From: Sandaracinaceae bacterium
Lineage (GTDB): Bacteria; Myxococcota_A; Polyangia; Polyangiales; Sandaracinaceae
Direction: 5' to 3'
Assembly: GCA_044220955.1 (NCBI GenBank)
Contig: JBGAQA010000022.1
Location: 20,734-84,733 of the forward strand
Length of the DNA stretch: 64,000 nucleotides
Part shown: one piece after another, positions 29,994-38,213 of the stretch
How the letters are laid out: every line of letters begins with the position of its first letter
How positions within the stretch are numbered: the stretch's first letter is position 1
Notes under the pieces: generated by a model
What the model was told of the DNA's origin: nothing
Seen by the model: only the letters and a program-made list of their open reading frames with translations
Databases searched by the model: none
Program-made: the position numbers and the translations under genes

Positions 29994-31982
29994 TCAGGGG
30001 CCGTCGACACGAACCAGCGGGTGCAGGTTCAGCCGGTCTGCGACCGCGAGCGCGCGGTCGACCGGGCCGGTGATCACGTGGAAGACCCAGGTGTCCGCCT
30101 CGCTCTCGGGGAGCGTGTCGTCACGGAAGGTCATCGTCTGCATCGCGCGATTCATGCGCGCCGCGAGCGCGACCGTGGACGTGTCGAGGATCAGCCATCG
30201 ATCGGTCGCCAGGCCGAGCGGGCCGTCGTTCACCGGGATGGCGCTGGTCGTGAACGTGAGCGCCGAGAGCGGCAGATCCTCGATCGTCCCGTCGAGGAGC
30301 GCGGGCGTCGCCCTGATGCGATCGAGCGTCCAGCCGAAGGTGACCTCGGGGTGGCCCGCGCCGGCTGGGAAGTCGACCGTGAGCACGTGGTGGTCGGTCT
30401 CGCCGACGAAGCGCTGCCAGCGCGCGTCGAAGGTGCGGCCGTGGCCGGGCGCGACCGCGAAGGGCGGCGAGGGATCGTCCTCGAGCACGGCGGGCGTGGT
30501 CGCGGGCGCCGCGGAGACCGTCCCGGACGCCGTGTCGACGAGGAGCGGCGGCGCGATGCCGATCGAGGCGGCCGCCGAGAGCACGACCGCGCGCGCCCGC
30601 GCCTCGGCCGACGCGCCGTGGACGAGCCCGTAGTACGTCTCGGGCGCCGCCGGGTTCCAGCCCGTCGCGTCGCTCACCTCGCCGAGGAAGAGGTCACGCC
30701 ATGCGCGCTCGATCTCCGCCTGGGCGCTCGCGTCCGGGTGCCCGGCGACCGTCGCCGCGGCGAGCGTCGCCTCGGCGGCCAGGGCCATGCGCCCCGCGCG
30801 CGTGTTGCCGGTCAGCACGCCGTTGTCGCGCTCGGTCGCCGCGAACGCGCCCGAGTTGCCCATCCAGCGCGCGACGTTCTCGGTGTCGTCCGGCTGCCAG
30901 TCGCCGTCGAAGGTAGGCGGCAGATCCACCGGCGCGACCCCGGCGCCCTCGAGCGTCGCGACCCAGTCGCCGACGCCTGCGATGACGTAGCCCGCGGTCT
31001 CGAGCGCCTCGAGCTGCGACTCGAACTCGGCCACCGCGGCGGGATCGACCACGAAGTCGGGTGGCGTGTAGGGGTTGATGCCGTTCGTCGCGAGCAGCTC
31101 GGCGTCGTCCATGTACACCCACACCGAAGAGAAGCCGCTGGCGACGTCGTTCACGCCGCGCCCGCCGATCACGACGGGCACGCCGTGCGTCGTGTAGAAG
31201 GGCGCGACGTCGCCGTCGCCGTGCTGGTGCGAGAAGAGGTTCTTCGGCAGGACGAGGACGTCGTCGCCCGCGGTGCCGAGCAGGTCCGCCATGCCCACAC
31301 CGAACTGACCCTCCTGCGTGAACACCGGGCCCGACGCCGCGACGCACGCGTCGGCGAGCACGCGGTCGTTCAGGTCGTGGCTGCGATCCATGTGCGTGCG
31401 GGGGTACGCGAGGAAGAGCTGATCGGAGTAGTGGAACGAGACGAGCTCGACCTGTCCGGAGCGCACCAGATCCGAGAGGTGCTGCGCGACGCTCCGGTGC
31501 CGGGCGAGCATCACCTCCGCGAAGTAGCCCTGCAGCTCGATCGAGAGCGTCCAGCTCGGGTGCGCGTCGAGCAGGTCCAGCACCGGCACGAGCGACTCGG
31601 TGACGATCGCGTCCTGGATGCGGTCGTCACCCCAGTCCGGGTAGGGCTGGATGCTCCCGAGGAACGCGCCCGTGAGGCCGCCCGCGACGTACTGCAGGTT
31701 GTAGTGCAGCACGCTGAGCGCGAAGCGGCGCTGCGTCCCGAGATCGCGCGGGTCGCGGCGCGCGGGACCCGATGGGCAGGCCAGCGGTGCCGCGTTCCAC
31801 GTCGCCGCCGTGTCGAAGTCCGGCATGACCCACGCGTCGGGGCGCGGGCCGGTGTCGGCGCGCGCGTGGGCGTCCGCGCCCGCGTCGGGCGCGCCGGTGT
31901 CGTCGCCGGGCGGTGTCGACGGGTGGGTCGTGCACGCGAGCGCGAAGACGCTCGCGAGGAGCAGGGTGCAAGCGCGTGTCAC
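29994..31982 (-). CDS. Glycoside hydrolase family 57-like lipoprotein
   Basis: Lipobox FALAC; LHYNLQ (GH57 region I-like), GQVELVSFHY, FTQEGQF (candidate nucleophile Glu), MDDAEL (candidate acid/base Asp), EVSDATGW. Confidence 0.55.
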   Translation of the reverse strand: MTRACTLLLASVFALACTTHPSTPPGDDTGAPDAGADAHARADTGPRPDAWVMPDFDTAATWNAAPLACPSGPARRDPRDLGTQRRFALSVLHYNLQYVAGGLTGAFLGSIQPYPDWGDDRIQDAIVTESLVPVLDLLDAHPSWTLSIELQGYFAEVMLARHRSVAQHLSDLVRSGQVELVSFHYSDQLFLAYPRTHMDRSHDLNDRVLADACVAASGPVFTQEGQFGVGMADLLGTAGDDVLVLPKNLFSHQHGDGDVAPFYTTHGVPVVIGGRGVNDVASGFSSVWVYMDDAELLATNGINPYTPPDFVVDPAAVAEFESQLEALETAGYVIAGVGDWVATLEGAGVAPVDLPPTFDGDWQPDDTENVARWMGNSGAFAATERDNGVLTGNTRAGRMALAAEATLAAATVAGHPDASAQAEIERAWRDLFLGEVSDATGWNPAAPETYYGLVHGASAEARARAVVLSAAASIGIAPPLLVDTASGTVSAAPATTPAVLEDDPSPPFAVAPGHGRTFDARWQRFVGETDHHVLTVDFPAGAGHPEVTFGWTLDRIRATPALLDGTIEDLPLSALTFTTSAIPVNDGPLGLATDRWLILDTSTVALAARMNRAMQTMTFRDDTLPESEADTWVFHVITGPVDRALAVADRLNLHPLVRVDGP

Positions 31983-32100
31983 GACGAGCAGCGTACACCC
32001 ACCCGAACGAGACGATGAGCCATCAGGGACCCGACGCGCGAGCGTGCGTGGCCGCCGCGCGTCGCTCGATGCGAGCGGCGAGGTGTTACGCTCCACCGCC

Positions 32101-33486
32101 ATGACGCGCGGCTCGATCCTGGTCGTCGACGACGAGAAGAACATCCTCGCCACGCTCTCTCGCGCGCTGCGCGTCGAGGACTTCGACGTGGACGTGGCGG
32201 GGAGCGCCGCGATCGCGCTCGAGAAGGCGCGCAGCAAGGCCTACGACGGCTACCTCGTGGACGTGAACATGCCCGGCGGCGACGGGCTCTCGCTCCTCAA
32301 GACGCTGCGCGAGGCCGCGATCGAGGCGCCCGTGATCGTGATGAGCGGGCAGGGCTCGATCGAGACGGCGGTCGAGGCGACGCGGCTCGGCGCGCACGAC
32401 TTCCTCGAGAAGCCGATCGGCACCGAGCGGCTGCTCCTCTCGCTCGACCGCGCGCTCGAGTTCACCAAGCTCGAGCGAGAGAACAAGGCGCTGCGCGAGC
32501 GCTCCGGCGGCGACACCGGCCTGCTCGGGGACAGCGCCGCGATGCGCAAGCTCAAGGAGCAGATCGAGCTGGCCGCCTCGGCCATCGCGACCGTGCTCGT
32601 CACCGGCGAGCGCGGGAGCGGCAAGGAGCTCGTCGCCGCCGCGATCCACCGGGGCAGCAAGCGCCACAAGGGCCCCTTCGAGAAGCTCAACTGCGCCGCG
32701 GTGCCCGCCGAGCTCATCGAGAGCGAGCTCTTCGGCCACGAGGCGGGCTCGTTCACCGGCGCGACCAAGCAGCGCCGGGGCAAGTTCGAGCGCGCGAGCA
32801 AGGGCACGCTCTTCCTCGACGAGGTCGGGGACATGCCCTCGCCGATGCAGGCCAAGCTCCTGCGCGTGCTGCAGGAGGGGGAGCTCGAGCGCGTCGGCGG
32901 CGGCGACGTGATCGAGGTCGACGTGCGCGTGGTGGCCGCGACGAACAAGCCGCTGCGCAAGGAGATCGAGGAGGGCCGCTTCCGCGCCGACCTCTTCGAC
33001 CGCCTCAACGTCGTGCCGCTGCGGGTTCCGTCGCTCCGTGATCGCATCGAGGACGTGCCGCTGCTCGCAGCCCACTTCCTGCGCGCGGCGTGCGTCGCCA
33101 ACGATCGGCGCGGCAAGTCGTTCACCGACGGCGCGCTCGCCGCCCTCGGTCGGTACGACTACCCGGGCAACGTCCGCGAGCTGCGCAACCTCGTCGAGCG
33201 GCTCGTGATCCTCACGCTCGAGGACGAGATCACCGAGAGCGACGTGCGCGCGCAGCTCCCCATCGCGGGGGGCGCGCCGACCGGAGGCTACTACCGCCCC
33301 GCGACGCCGCTCGAGACGATGGTGCGCGAGGCCGAGCGCGATCTCGTCCTCAGGGCGCTCGAGCACAACCAGGGGCACATGACGCGCACGGCGTCGGATC
33401 TCGGGCTCGAGCGAAGCCACCTGTACAAGAAGATGAAGGCCCTGGGCCTGCGTCACCGCGAGGACGACACCGACGCCGGCGGCTGA
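32101..33486 (+). CDS. Sigma54-dependent NtrC/NtrX-family response regulator
   Basis: Receiver (LVVDDE, D.NMPG, FLEKP), GERGSGKE, ESELFGHEAGSFTGA, LFLDEV, FRADLFDRLNV, PGNVREL, HTH. Confidence 0.93.
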   Translation: MTRGSILVVDDEKNILATLSRALRVEDFDVDVAGSAAIALEKARSKAYDGYLVDVNMPGGDGLSLLKTLREAAIEAPVIVMSGQGSIETAVEATRLGAHDFLEKPIGTERLLLSLDRALEFTKLERENKALRERSGGDTGLLGDSAAMRKLKEQIELAASAIATVLVTGERGSGKELVAAAIHRGSKRHKGPFEKLNCAAVPAELIESELFGHEAGSFTGATKQRRGKFERASKGTLFLDEVGDMPSPMQAKLLRVLQEGELERVGGGDVIEVDVRVVAATNKPLRKEIEEGRFRADLFDRLNVVPLRVPSLRDRIEDVPLLAAHFLRAACVANDRRGKSFTDGALAALGRYDYPGNVRELRNLVERLVILTLEDEITESDVRAQLPIAGGAPTGGYYRPATPLETMVREAERDLVLRALEHNQGHMTRTASDLGLERSHLYKKMKALGLRHREDDTDAGG

Positions 33487-33488
33487 CC

Positions 33489-33724
33489 GCAGGAGTGCTC
33501 ACCACGCAGGCCGCGGACGGGAGGGGCCGGAGGGGTGAGCCGAGCCTCTGGAGAGGAGTGCTCACCACGCAGGCCGCGGACGGGAGCGCGCGTGAGCGCG
33601 CGGACGGGATGGGCCGGAGGGGTGAGCCGAGCCTCCGGAGAGGAGTGCTCACCACGCAGGCCGCGGACGGGAGCGCGCGTGAGCGCGCGGACGGGAGGGG
33701 CCGGAGGGGTGAGCCGAGCAATTG
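33489..33724. repeat. Tandem array of three structured REP-like units (63 nt, 87 nt, about 80 nt)
   Basis: AGGAGTGCTCACCACGCAGGCCGCGGACGGGA recurs at 33491, 33554 and 33641; GCTCACC/GGTGAGC stem; GCGCGC-GTGA-GCGCGC hairpin in units 2 and 3. Confidence 0.9.
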
Positions 33725-33751
33725 GGACGGCCTCGCGCTACAAAGCACCGC

Positions 33752-34219
33752 ATGCGGCACCTCTTCTTCTTCACGGCGTGTGTGATCTCCCTCGGCGCGG
33801 CGAGCGGGTGCAGCGGTACCACCACGGTCGGCAGCGACGCGGGCGGCGGCGGCATGGACGTCGGCGGCGGCGGCATGGACGTCGGCACGCCGGGGACCGA
33901 CGGCGGCACGCCGGGGAGCGACAGCGGCACGCCGGGGAGCGACAGCGGCACGCCCGGGAGCGACAGCGGCACGCCCGGCACGGACGCGGGCGCCGGCGCG
34001 GACGGCGGATGCCTCGCCACGCTCGGCGCGCTCGGTCAGGACTGCACGACGAACGGCGACTGCCCGTCCGGCTTCGTCTGCCAGCCGGTCAACGGCTTCA
34101 TCCTCACGCAGAGCTGCCAGATCCGCTGCGACTCCCCCGCGTTCACGTGCCCTTGCGGGACCGCGTGCATGGACCACGGGGACAAGGTGACGTCATGGCG
34201 ACAGTGCGATCAGCTCTGA
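33752..34219 (+). CDS. Small Cys-rich lipoprotein with heptapeptide repeat linker
   Basis: Lipobox ASGC; GGGGMDV x2 and GTPG(S/T)D(S/G/A) x5; 10-Cys C-terminal domain. Confidence 0.75.
   Translation: MRHLFFFTACVISLGAASGCSGTTTVGSDAGGGGMDVGGGGMDVGTPGTDGGTPGSDSGTPGSDSGTPGSDSGTPGTDAGAGADGGCLATLGALGQDCTTNGDCPSGFVCQPVNGFILTQSCQIRCDSPAFTCPCGTACMDHGDKVTSWRQCDQL
33842..33988 (+). repeat. Coding 21-bp tandem repeats (7 units, two sub-types)
   Basis: GGCGGCGGCGGCATGGACGTC x2, then GGCACGCC(G/C)GG... x5. Confidence 0.85.
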
Positions 34220-35331
34220 TCATCCCGCTCGCGCTCGCCCTGCTCGCGCCTGCCGCGGCCCACGCGCAAGATCTCGGCTTCGGCGCGCACGCCGTGCCGA
34301 CGAGCGAGGCGCGCATCACGCCACGCTGGGACAACTATCTCTTCACGGGCAACCACACCGAGAACATCGCCGGCGGCACCTCCGATGTCGGCGGGACGCT
34401 CTGGGCGACGGGGCTCTCCGTGCAAGCGGACTTCCGGACCTTCGTGGTCGCGATGAACATCCCGATCGCCTTCACGCACACGTGGTTCGCGACGAACCTG
34501 CCGGTCGTCGGATCGCGCTCGGACTACTCGGATCAGACCGAGCTCGGGAACATCCAGTTCGAGGGCTTCGCCAACATCGACCTCGGCGCCGAGCACCGGC
34601 TGCTCATCGGCGGCGGCATCGCGCTCCCGACGGCCACCGATCAGGCGAGCCCGTCGTCGGGGCGCGGCTTCTTCACGCGGCAGGCGGCGTTCCACAGCAC
34701 GTTCCGCAACCCCGCGGCGTGGGCCGACCAGTCGTTCGGCATCTGGCCGACGGCGACGTACCGCTACGCCGTCGACTGGCTGCTCGTCCATGCGACGGGA
34801 TCGATCCCGATCTTCCTGCCGACGCACGGGGACTACGGCGGCGCCGTGCTCGGCACCGTCAACCTGTGGGCGCCCGGGGAGACGACGGTCGCGCGCGGCA
34901 ACGTCGAGCTGATGCTGAACCTCGAGGTCGGCGCGGCGCTGCGTCTGGGCAACATCGTGGACGTCGGCGCCTCGTTCCTCGGCTGGGCGCTGCCGAGCGC
35001 CAGCGGGATGATGGGCAACCCCGATCTCGGACAGACGGCGCTCGCGCTCTCGGTCCAGACGGACGACGCCCTCGACTTCCCGCTCGGCGCGGGCTTCGAG
35101 TGGCTCCTCGATCTCGACAACGCCTGGGGCCCGAGCGGCGGCGACCGCCGCTTCTGGGGCGCGCACGCCTACGTCTACGGCCGCTTCGACGTCGGCGCGG
35201 GCGGCGCGATCTCGACGCCCGACTTCCACCCGGACGACGTCGGTCCGGTGCACGTCGGCCCGAGCGGCGGCGGTGGCGGAGCCACGGACGCCCCCAGCGA
35301 CGGCACGACGAGCACCACCACCACGCCGTGA
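34195..35331 (+). CDS. Exported hypothetical protein, probable outer-membrane beta-barrel
   Basis: Signal peptide AHA-Q; amphipathic beta strands with aromatic residues; LGNIQF..., IALPTA; ends YVYGRF plus low-complexity tail. Confidence 0.6.
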   Translation: MATVRSALIIPLALALLAPAAAHAQDLGFGAHAVPTSEARITPRWDNYLFTGNHTENIAGGTSDVGGTLWATGLSVQADFRTFVVAMNIPIAFTHTWFATNLPVVGSRSDYSDQTELGNIQFEGFANIDLGAEHRLLIGGGIALPTATDQASPSSGRGFFTRQAAFHSTFRNPAAWADQSFGIWPTATYRYAVDWLLVHATGSIPIFLPTHGDYGGAVLGTVNLWAPGETTVARGNVELMLNLEVGAALRLGNIVDVGASFLGWALPSASGMMGNPDLGQTALALSVQTDDALDFPLGAGFEWLLDLDNAWGPSGGDRRFWGAHAYVYGRFDVGAGGAISTPDFHPDDVGPVHVGPSGGGGGATDAPSDGTTSTTTTP

Positions 35332-35343
35332 GCTCGGGAGCCG

Positions 35344-35378
35344 TCTCCCCGCGCCCGGGGAGAGGGGTGGGTGAGGGG
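35344..35378. repeat. CCCTCACCC/CTCTCCC-type REP-like palindrome
   Basis: TCTCCCC...GGGGAGA hairpin plus GGGTGAGGGG; reverse complement resembles 60285-60318. Confidence 0.7.
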
Positions 35379-35452
35379 ACCGAGTTCGCTGGTGGGATCG
35401 CGCTGGACGGATCGCGGCGAGCGAGCTATTCACCCGCCCCGTTTTCCCTTTC

Positions 35453-35524
<72 letters not shown>

Positions 35525-35528
35525 TCCA

Positions 35529-35936
35529 GTGCGACCCGTCCGGATGCTCTCGCTCGCGATGGTGCTACTGGGCTGCGGCGGCGCTCCGGCGACGGGTCCC
35601 GCGGCCCGACCAACCGATGGGCCCGCGACGCGCCTGGGTGAATTCGATCAGCAGGCGGTCGTCCGCATGATCCATACACACCGCCACGAGATCCAGGCTT
35701 GCTACGAGCGCGAGCTGGCCGCGACGCCGTCGCTCGTCGGCCGCATCGCGGTGCAGATGACGATCGCGGAGTCGGGAGCCGTCGAGGGCGTGCACGTCGC
35801 CGATACGACGATGGCGGGAGGCGAGGTCGTGGCCGCGTGCGTCGTCGCCGTCGTCGACGCTTTCGAATTCGATCCGGGCCCGACGGGCGGGAACGTGAGC
35901 TACACGTTCCCTTTCGCGTTCGAGCCGCAGCGCTGA
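35529..35936 (+). CDS. AgmX/PglI C-terminal (TonB-C-like) domain lipoprotein
   Basis: Lipobox LLGC; IQACYERELAATPSLVGRIAVQMTI..SG.V...VAACV...F...YTFPFAF; alternative start 35544. Confidence 0.8.
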   Translation: MRPVRMLSLAMVLLGCGGAPATGPAARPTDGPATRLGEFDQQAVVRMIHTHRHEIQACYERELAATPSLVGRIAVQMTIAESGAVEGVHVADTTMAGGEVVAACVVAVVDAFEFDPGPTGGNVSYTFPFAFEPQR

Positions 35937-35983
35937 CCCGCGGCAGGGCGATCTGTGCGACGCCCCGTGTTAGCCTCGACCTC

Positions 35984-36214
35984 ATGAGCGTGCGTGCGGT
36001 GGTCCGTCGCGGGCGCCTCGTCGTGGACGAGCCGACCGATCTGCCGGAAGGGGTCGTCTTGGACCTCGTGATGGACGACGAGGGCGACGACCTCGACCCG
36101 GCGGGGCGCGCTGCGCGGGATGCCGCGATCTCGCGTAGCTTGCGCGAAGCGGCCGCGGGGCAGACCGCACCGGCCGAGGCCATCCTCGACCGGCTGCGCG
36201 CTCGCTCCCGATGA
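35984..36214 (+). CDS. Putative antitoxin (type II TA)
   Basis: 76-aa acidic protein, VRRGRLVVDEPTDLPEG...AISRSLREAAAG...AEAILDRLR; ATGA overlap with the toxin. Confidence 0.7.
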   Translation: MSVRAVVRRGRLVVDEPTDLPEGVVLDLVMDDEGDDLDPAGRAARDAAISRSLREAAAGQTAPAEAILDRLRARSR

Positions 36215-36516
36215 CGAAGCCGGTTCGAACCACTCCGACAGCCGATGCACACATCGAGCGGCTCGACGCGTGGTGGCGCGAGAACCGCGACAAGGCTCCC
36301 GACCTCTTCCGCGAAGAGCTGGCGCTGGCGTTTCGAACGATCGCGGCCGCACCCGGTGCGGGTCGCACGCACCCGCACCCGGACGGCGACGTCCGCCGCG
36401 TGCTGCTGCGCTCGACGCGCCAGCACGTCTACTACGTCGAGCGAGACGATCACGTGCTCGTCGTGGCCGTGTGGGGCGCGATCAAGGGCGCCGGGCCGGA
36501 CCTGGCCGGCGCCTGA
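36211..36516 (+). CDS. RelE/ParE family toxin
   Basis: VRTTPTA...WWRENR...P..G...VRRVLL...HVYY...VLVVAVW pattern; 101 aa. Confidence 0.85.
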   Translation: MTKPVRTTPTADAHIERLDAWWRENRDKAPDLFREELALAFRTIAAAPGAGRTHPHPDGDVRRVLLRSTRQHVYYVERDDHVLVVAVWGAIKGAGPDLAGA

Positions 36517-36964
36517 CGAACGTCGTCGGCGGCGGCTACGGCGACTGCCGCGCCTTCAACAAGCTGGGATCGCACGCGACCCGACTGCACCTGCTACGGG
36601 GGTTCGTGCGCGCGCACCCGGAGCACGAGGCGGTGCTAGCGCTGCTCCCGGCGCGCGACGGCGGGAGCGAGCACGTGGACGACAACGAAAGCGCCGAGAC
36701 GCCGATCGCTGACGGATCGGTGTACCTCGTGAAGCACGGAAGGCATTCAAGATCGGGCACACGTTCGACGTGCCACGGCGGCACCGCCAGATCGCGATGG
36801 AGCTGCCGGAGAAGCTCGACACCGTTCACGTCATCGCCACCGACGACCCGTCCGGGATCGAGACCTACTGGCATCGGCGCTTCGCGGCGAAGCGCACGAA
36901 CGGCGAGTGGTTCGCGCTCACGCCAGCGGACGTCCGCGCGTTCAAGCGCCGCAAGTTCATGTAG
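36517..36964 (+). pseudogene. GIY-YIG (T5orf172/MUG113-like) nuclease pseudogene
   Basis: [11 protein letters not shown] continues as FKIGHT...[29 protein letters not shown] only after a 1-nt frameshift at about 36745; no intact start. Confidence 0.8.
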
Positions 36965-37349
36965 CCGTCACGCCGGCCGGCGAGAGCGTGAACTGGATCG
37001 GGGCGGCGCTACTGTTGTGAAAGGACAGGTGCGCCTCGCAGCGAGCGCCGCCGAGCTGGGCAACGCCGTCGAGCTGACCGCCATAGAGCGGCGGGAGCTC
37101 GCCGTCGGCCGAGAAGAGAATGCACAGGCGAGCGCAGATCCAGCGAAGCGTTCCGCGAGCGTGCGCTGCCGAGATCGTCTCGACGTCCGCTCCGGCGCGC
37201 AGCTCGAGCATGGAGTCGCCGACGTGCCGCATCGAGACCTCGACGCCATCGCGGACGAGCTCGAGCACGTCCGCCACGTACGCGTCGATGTCGGGCGAAG
37301 CGAGGGTCACGTGCCGTGACCAGCTCGTGGCCAGCCGTGCTGCAGTCAT
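36957..37349 (-). CDS. Hypothetical protein
   Basis: 130-aa ORF with globular composition filling the gap; no recognised motif. Confidence 0.5.
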   Translation of the reverse strand: MTAARLATSWSRHVTLASPDIDAYVADVLELVRDGVEVSMRHVGDSMLELRAGADVETISAAHARGTLRWICARLCILFSADGELPPLYGGQLDGVAQLGGARCEAHLSFHNSSAAPIQFTLSPAGVTAT

Positions 37350-37436
37350 GGAGTCGTCATGCCGAACGCTCGCCGGCGGCGCGCCTGTTCCAGCTCGCGT
37401 CAGCACTGACGCTGCTCGCGGGGCGTCGCGCCTGCC

Positions 37437-38153
37437 TCACGCGTGCGTCTGGACCGCGATGCGCCGTGCGCCGCCGCCGAAGTCGAACTGCCGGTAGAAC
37501 TCGTAGAGGAAGTAGAAGCAGAGGCTGTTGGTCACGTGCCACGCGGCATGCCCCGAGAGGACGTGGCTCTCCGGAATGCAGAAGAGGCGCGTGTAGTCGG
37601 GCACCCAGAAGGCCAGCGCCACGACGAACACCGCGAGCAGGACAGAGAGCGGCCGGTACTCGATGCGATCGCCGCCCGCCGGCTGGCTCCGGTAGATCCG
37701 CCACTCGAGCGCCAGCACGGCGATCACCTGCGCGGCGAAGAGCGGCACGCCGATCGGGCGCACGAGGAGCAAAAGGCCGAGGCTCCCCGCGACGAGCGCG
37801 AAGTACGTCGCGACCGCGCGCCGCACGGCGATGCCGTACGCGCGGTACACGCCCACCGTCAGCGCGTAGAGCGAGAACGTGTACATCGAGAAGAGGTCGA
37901 GGAACTCCGTCGCGAAGACGTCGGACGCGTGGTACGCGCCCGAGAGCAGCCCCACGAGGATCGCCGAGACGCCGATGGGCACGAGCGCGCGCGCTCCCGC
38001 GTCGCGCCGCGAGCGCACGACGAGCACGACGCCGACGATCACGTACGCGAGGCACGACCAGGTGTTCGCGGGCTCGACGATCCATCCGCAGACGTTCGCC
38101 TCGCAGAAGTCGAAGTTGCTCGGCGCGTAGCCGTCCCAGGGGCAAGTCTGCAC
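37437..38153 (-). CDS. Ceramidase-like (CREST superfamily) integral membrane hydrolase
   Basis: DFCE...EPANTWS, SGAYH (SxxxH), HAAWH (HxxxH); about 7 TM helices. Confidence 0.75.
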   Translation of the reverse strand: MQTCPWDGYAPSNFDFCEANVCGWIVEPANTWSCLAYVIVGVVLVVRSRRDAGARALVPIGVSAILVGLLSGAYHASDVFATEFLDLFSMYTFSLYALTVGVYRAYGIAVRRAVATYFALVAGSLGLLLLVRPIGVPLFAAQVIAVLALEWRIYRSQPAGGDRIEYRPLSVLLAVFVVALAFWVPDYTRLFCIPESHVLSGHAAWHVTNSLCFYFLYEFYRQFDFGGGARRIAVQTHA

Positions 38154-38213
38154 GGAAGCAGACGATACCAGCGCGCTCGCCGCCTCGCGCCCCGCGTGAC
38201 GCAGAGGCCACGC

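Noticed and set aside
32101..33486. Orphan response regulator with GSFTGA as a novel feature
   Set aside because: GSFTGA is a common functional variant, and orphan regulators are routine in myxobacteria
33489..33724. Possible CRISPR array
   Set aside because: Sequences between repeats are near-identical rather than unique spacers, periods are unequal, and no cas genes are present
35525..35528. TCCA after the tRNA discriminator read as an encoded CCA or an extended acceptor stem
   Set aside because: CCA is offset by one base; the simplest reading is a tRNA without encoded CCA, which is common
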